Positions 59,140 to 64,000 of a DNA stretch of 64,000 bases are shown here, one piece after another (the first letter of the stretch is position 1; every line of letters begins with the position of its first letter). Source of the stretch: Chloroflexota bacterium. Lineage in GTDB: Bacteria; Chloroflexota; Dehalococcoidia; Lucifugimonadales; Lucifugimonadaceae. The stretch is from contig PBHC01000009.1 of assembly GCA_002719295.1 (NCBI GenBank), positions 1 through 64,000 on the forward strand. The letters are read 5' to 3'. Both the position numbers and the translations under genes were made by a program. The notes under the pieces were generated by a model. It had not been told where the DNA came from. It worked only from the letters and a program-made list of their open reading frames with translations, and made no database searches.

Positions 59140-60099
59140 TTAGTTCTCTTGAGTAAGTTGTAAAAATATTTCTTCTAGGGTCATTGGTAATGGAGTAAGA
59201 TTTCTTAATCCCCATCCATTATCAACTATTGATTTTGCTATTACTTCTGCTGAATTTTCATTAGTTTTTGCATCTACGACAATAGGTATAAAATTTTCTT
59301 TTTTCCCTTGATCTATTTGCTCAGCTCTCGAATCAGACCTTACATCAATAACAGAATCTATTTTTCTTAGAGTAGAAATAATAGATTCAATTTTTGTTCC
59401 TGAAATTCCAACTTCAATTCTTTCAGTACCAGATAACCTATTTGATAGGTTTGCAGGTTTATCATCTGCCACTATTCTTCCATCAGATATTACTAAAACT
59501 CTTGGGCAAATTGCTGAGACTTCAGGAAGTATGTGTGATGAAATCAATAAAGTATGAGATTCCCCAAGTTCGCTAATTAACTCTCTTGTTTCTACTACTT
59601 GAATTGGGTCTATTCCAATTGTCGGTTCATCCATAATCAAGACATCTGGTTCATGCAAAATCGCCTGTGCTATACCTGTTCTTTGCCTATATCCTTTTGA
59701 TAATTTTCCAACATGTGTATTTCTATAGTCTCCCAGTCTTACATGATCAATAACTTTATCTATTCTTTCATTGATCCATTTTTGATTCATGCCTCTAATT
59801 TTCCCCATATAACTAAGGTAATCAGTTACAGTCATGTCTAAATATAAAGGCACCGTTTCTGGGAGATATCCAATGTGCCTTCTTGCATCAAGAGAATATT
59901 TAACAGTGTCATAACCACTTACGGTTATATTTCCTGAAGTTGGAGGCAAATATCCAGTGATACTTCTCATTGTTGTAGTTTTACCTGCACCGTTTGGTCC
60001 AAGGAATCCTACTATTTCACCTTTTAATACTTCAAAAGATACATCTATAACTGCTGGATATGGTCCATAGTTTTTATAAAAGTGTTCAACTCTTATCAA
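59140..60099 (-). CDS. GldA-like ABC ATP-binding protein
   Basis: [42 protein letters not shown]. Confidence 0.92.
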   Translation of the reverse strand: MIRVEHFYKNYGPYPAVIDVSFEVLKGEIVGFLGPNGAGKTTTMRSITGYLPPTSGNITVSGYDTVKYSLDARRHIGYLPETVPLYLDMTVTDYLSYMGKIRGMNQKWINERIDKVIDHVRLGDYRNTHVGKLSKGYRQRTGIAQAILHEPDVLIMDEPTIGIDPIQVVETRELISELGESHTLLISSHILPEVSAICPRVLVISDGRIVADDKPANLSNRLSGTERIEVGISGTKIESIISTLRKIDSVIDVRSDSRAEQIDQGKKENFIPIVVDAKTNENSAEVIAKSIVDNGWGLRNLTPLPMTLEEIFLQLTQEN

Positions 60100-60193
60100 A
60101 AATAATTCTCTTTCATGTTTTTTTTATCTTAACTAGTGTACCTAAATTTATATTATTCAGCCCTATTTTTCTAATCTAATTTATAATAAATGT

Positions 60194-61363
60194 ATGACGT
60201 TTGAAATAGATCAAGTATATTGTGACAATGCCGCTACAACTCCGGTTACTCCTGAAGTTTTAGAGGAAATGTTACCTTTTTTTACAGAATCTTTTGGAAA
60301 TCCTTCTAGTCTGTATATGTTAAGTCAAGATTCAAGATCTGCTATTGAATTTTCAAGAGATAAGGTAGCAAAAGTCATTAATTCCAATCCATCAGAAATT
60401 ACATTTACTAGTGGCGGAACGGAATCTAATAATCTTGCCATGAAAGGCGTCTGCTTGCCTGAAATTACCGATGATCAAAATGAAATTATTATTTCTACTA
60501 TTGAGCATCATGCAATAATTCATCCTGCCGAACAATTAAAAAGTATTGGATATGAAGTCAAATATTGTCCAGTAGATGATGATGGGATTATAAAAATTGA
60601 TGATTTCTTAAATATGGTTACAAATAAAACAAAATTTGTTTCTATTATGTTAGCTAATAATGAAATAGGTTCTGTTCAAAATATTAAAGCTTTAGTTGAA
60701 ATTGTTAGAGAAAAAGAGAAAGATTTTAATAAGAAAATTTATTTTCATACTGATGCTGTACAAGCTGTAGGAAAGATTAGTATTGATGTAAAAAATTTAG
60801 GAGTAGATTTGTTGTCAATTTCGGGGCATAAATTCAATGCTCCCAAGGGTGTAGGAGCTTTGTATATTAATGAGTATGTAACTGTAGAACCTTTATTAGA
60901 TGGAGGAGGACAAGAAAGACAAAATAGATCCGGAACTGAGAATGTTCCTAGCATTGTAGGTATAGGAAAAGCGATTGAAATAGCTGAATCAAATAGAGAA
61001 AATTTCTATAATCATACCAAAGACTTATCTGATAGATTTATAGATTCTATTAGCAATAAAATACCTGATTTTGTTCTTCATAGTGCTGAAAATGGATTGA
61101 GTAATATTGTAAATTTTTCAATTCCAAATATACAAGGTGAACCAATACTCATTGGATTAGATTTTAAGGGTATAATGGCTAGTAGTGGTTCTGCTTGTAG
61201 TACAGCTAGTATAGAACCAAGTCATGTTTTGCTTGCTAAGGGAGTTGATGAGAAGCTAGCTTTAGGATCTGTTAGATTATCTTTTAGCAATTCAAATACA
61301 TTTGAAGAGATTGATTATATTGTAGAGAGTATATATGAGGTTTGTAAGGATCTCAAAAGTTAA
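60194..61363 (+). CDS. Cysteine desulfurase (IscS/NifS type)
   Basis: DNAATTP, GNPSS, FTSGGTESNN, HTDAVQ, SGHK, RSGTEN, SSGSAC. Confidence 0.93.
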   Translation: MTFEIDQVYCDNAATTPVTPEVLEEMLPFFTESFGNPSSLYMLSQDSRSAIEFSRDKVAKVINSNPSEITFTSGGTESNNLAMKGVCLPEITDDQNEIIISTIEHHAIIHPAEQLKSIGYEVKYCPVDDDGIIKIDDFLNMVTNKTKFVSIMLANNEIGSVQNIKALVEIVREKEKDFNKKIYFHTDAVQAVGKISIDVKNLGVDLLSISGHKFNAPKGVGALYINEYVTVEPLLDGGGQERQNRSGTENVPSIVGIGKAIEIAESNRENFYNHTKDLSDRFIDSISNKIPDFVLHSAENGLSNIVNFSIPNIQGEPILIGLDFKGIMASSGSACSTASIEPSHVLLAKGVDEKLALGSVRLSFSNSNTFEEIDYIVESIYEVCKDLKS

Positions 61364-61366
61364 GTT

Positions 61367-62197
61367 ATGAATGATTTAAAAAATCTAAATTATGGAAAAT
61401 TTCAAGATTCTAAAGAAATTATTGATATTTCTTTAGAATTTATCATTTCAAATAAGTATGAATATGGCCCTGATTTTGAAGAGAAAGAAAAAAATTACGA
61501 AGTAAAAAAAATTGATACAAGTAATGATATTTCAAGAATATATTTTGATTTTAAAATCCAAGGTTTTGCTAATCCAGGTGAAGAATATATAGAGATTGAC
61601 TCTGAAAACAATATATTAACTAGAAGAGTTACAAAGTTCCCAAAATTAAATAAACCTAGATTCTTGATTGCAATGACTATTTTTTCGGTTTTATTTGCTG
61701 TTGTTTCTATCCCATGGTTATTCCTAAATTCGGAAGAATTAGATCCTTTATATAAATCAGGTAAAGTTCTATGGATTAAAAGCGGAGAACCAAATTATGA
61801 ATCAAAAATTAATTATGATGGCCCTGACGCTTTTAGTGGGGAACTGATTAATTGGGAAATTGACTCTACAGATAAAGGGAGTTATTTAGGATTTATAAAA
61901 CTACAAATAATTAATGAAACTGCTAATACAATTACTTTAAATATTGATTCTAATTCTGCGGAGTTATTAGCATCTAATGGTAAAACATATTTCCCAACGG
62001 ATTCTGTTGCAAGAGCTTATGAGATAAGCAAAATTCAAAATAATTATAAAGTTAATGATTTTATTCCTTTGTGGGGCGATATAACATTAGTTGAAGGAAC
62101 AGAAGTTATCGGATATTTATTAGTCGATCTTCCTAAAGATGTTACTATAAGTAGACTTAGGTGGATTGCTAGTGATACTGTAACCATAAATTACTAA
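61367..62197 (+). CDS. Hypothetical single-pass membrane protein with a C-terminal DUF4352-like Ig-fold domain
   Basis: Central TM FLIAMTIFSVLFAVVSIPWLF; C-terminal beta pattern (KLQIINET...GTEVIGYLLVDLP). Confidence 0.55.
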   Translation: MNDLKNLNYGKFQDSKEIIDISLEFIISNKYEYGPDFEEKEKNYEVKKIDTSNDISRIYFDFKIQGFANPGEEYIEIDSENNILTRRVTKFPKLNKPRFLIAMTIFSVLFAVVSIPWLFLNSEELDPLYKSGKVLWIKSGEPNYESKINYDGPDAFSGELINWEIDSTDKGSYLGFIKLQIINETANTITLNIDSNSAELLASNGKTYFPTDSVARAYEISKIQNNYKVNDFIPLWGDITLVEGTEVIGYLLVDLPKDVTISRLRWIASDTVTINY

Positions 62198-62203
62198 CTT
62201 TAA

Positions 62204-64000
62204 ATGAGTACAAAAAAGAATACTGAAGAAAAAATGTCTCCAGGTAGGAGACAGTATCTAGATATAAAAAATAACTATAAAGATTGCTTATTGTTATATC
62301 GAATGGGAGATTTCTACGAAACATTTGATGAAGATGCCAAGAAATTATCATCTATTCTAAACATAGCCTTAACTGCCCGTGATGTTGGTGCTGAAAATAA
62401 AGTACCTCTTGCTGGAATTCCTTACCATTCATTAGAAAACAATCTAATGAAATTAATTAATTCTGGCATGAAGATTGCTATTGCAGAACAGACCTCTGAT
62501 CCAAAAGAATCTAAAGGAATTGTAGATAGGGCAGTAACTCGAGTAATTACTCCTGGGACAGTAACTGATCCTGATTTATTAGATTCGAACGATAATAATT
62601 TCTTAATGAGTATTTATAAAGACAAAGAAAGAATTGATATCTGTGCTTTAGATATTTCAACAGGGAAATTTGAAACATATATAACCAATCAAGAAAATTT
62701 CTTAAATGAAATAGAGAGATTAAATCCTAGAGAAATTATTTTTTCTAAAGATAATTCAGATCTTTTTGATGAGTATTTTGATTCTTTTCTTATAAGAGAA
62801 TATGATGGAATAGTAAAAAACGCTTCTTTAGGAAAAAGCATCATTCAAACTCATTTTGAGGTTGAAGATCTATCGCAAATTGACTTAGAAAATAAAAAAT
62901 CATTAATTATGAGTTTAGGTATGATTCTAGATTTTGTAGGATCAAACCAAAAAACTTTTGCAAAAAATATTCAAAAAATCAATAATATTAACAGATCAGA
63001 TGATCTCATATTAGATTATGTGACTTTGAGAGATCTTGAAATCACAAAATCTATTTCTGGAAATGATGATAATACTTTATTTAGTTTTATGAATTTAACA
63101 TCTACTCCAATGGGGGCAAGACTTTTAAGAAACTGGTTGATTACACCTACACAGAAGATAAAAGTTATTGATGAGCGTCATAAAAAACTTGAATGGATTT
63201 TTGAAAATAAAACTAATTTATATGAACTAACTGAAATACTAAAAAAAATAAGTGATTTAGAAAGACTTACTTACTGAATTGAAAATAAAACTTGTAATTA
63301 CAGAGATTTGTTTTCTTTATATGAAAGCATTTCACAATTAGATACACTTAAGAAATTGTTTTTAGAATCTCCATTTGATTTTAAAGTTAATTCAAAAAAA
63401 ATAAATCAATTATCTAAATTCTTAAATCAAGCTATAGATACAGAAACATTATTTGAAAACCAATCCAAATTACCAGTTCGAAAAGGATTTAATAAAGAAC
63501 TTGATGAGTTGATTTCTATCAAATATGAATCTAACTCATCTTTACTTTCATTAGAGTCTTCTGAGAAAGAAAAAACTGGTATTAATAAATTAAAAATAAG
63601 TTTCAATAGAGTTTTTGGATATTATTTTGAAGTAACTAAATCTAACTTAGATCAGGTCCCTGATTATTTTATTAGGCGTCAAACACTTGCTAATTCTGAA
63701 AGGTTTTACACAGAAGAATTAAAAATATTAGAAGAAAAAATACTAAATTCTGATGAGAAAATTGCTACTCTTGAAGATGCTATATTTAATCAAATTTGTA
63801 ATGAGATCAAAAAATTTAAGGAAGATATTTTATTCATGAGTGAAGACGTTTCACTTATAGATACTATTTATTCGTTTTATTTAATTGCTAATAATAACAA
63901 TTGGATAAAGCCTGTTTTATCTGAAGATAATAAATTTGATATAAGAGATGCGCTTCACCCAGTTATTGATAAAACTTTAGGGTTTGGTAAGTTTGTTCCA
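62204..64000 (+). pseudogene. mutS: DNA mismatch repair protein MutS, interrupted by an in-frame TGA at 63275-63277; runs off the window end
   Basis: SPGRRQY, YRMGDFYETF, AGIPYH, RVITPGT, TPMGARLL, DLERL*; same frame continues FNRVFGYYFEV, RRQTLANSERF, HPVI..FVP with no further stop to 64000. Confidence 0.85.

Noticed and set aside
1137..62351. Numerous 60-143 aa ORFs antisense to or nested in recognised genes (e.g. 1137-1400, 21925-22326, 32223-32648, 45496-45837, 57968-58399)
   Set aside because: Shadow ORFs of well-supported genes, with no motifs or ribosome-binding sites
63275..63277. Genome-wide UGA reassignment (code 4/25) to explain the mutS stop
   Set aside because: TGA ends other genes at natural positions (tal, FmdB-like, SelA-like, 3765 gene), Trp is encoded by TGG throughout, and no other gene has an internal TGA

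Overview
A gene-dense, AT-rich (roughly 30% GC by eye) bacterial chromosomal segment read in the standard code. The gene content suggests a streamlined marine Chloroflexota genome (Dehalococcoidia/SAR202-like); this is inference, not a database result. Contents in order: tRNA-Lys and a solo PD-(D/E)XK nuclease; an organic-acid catabolic cluster (2 ThDP enzymes, enolase-superfamily enzyme, HpcH aldolase, 2 MFS); rpmF; a three-gene transhydrogenase; a long minus-strand run (rplI-dnaB-tandem DnaC-like-lactonase-tkt-rpiB-tal-pgi); acsA and a SelA-like PLP enzyme; Mrp/SufT; uvrB; an ABC exporter; yebC-khpA-rpsP; moaDE; tRNA-Ser; miaB; nadAC; dtd; purLQ; rpsU; gltX; rluD-like; lspA; ltaE; rarA; selA; an orphan CbbQ-Nudix-CbbO/NorD-like operon; a GldAFG-like ABC system; a cysteine desulfurase; and mutS. 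No rRNA, CRISPR array, transposase or integrase was seen. Main points: (1) a Rubisco-activase-like AAA+/VWA pair with no adjacent client enzyme; (2) mutS is interrupted by one in-frame TGA, and single-base anomalies also occur in yebC, nadC and moaD/moaE (mutator signature or sequencing error); (3) a tandem two-ATPase helicase loader; (4) Mrp and FmdB-family proteins that lack their canonical Cys metal ligands.
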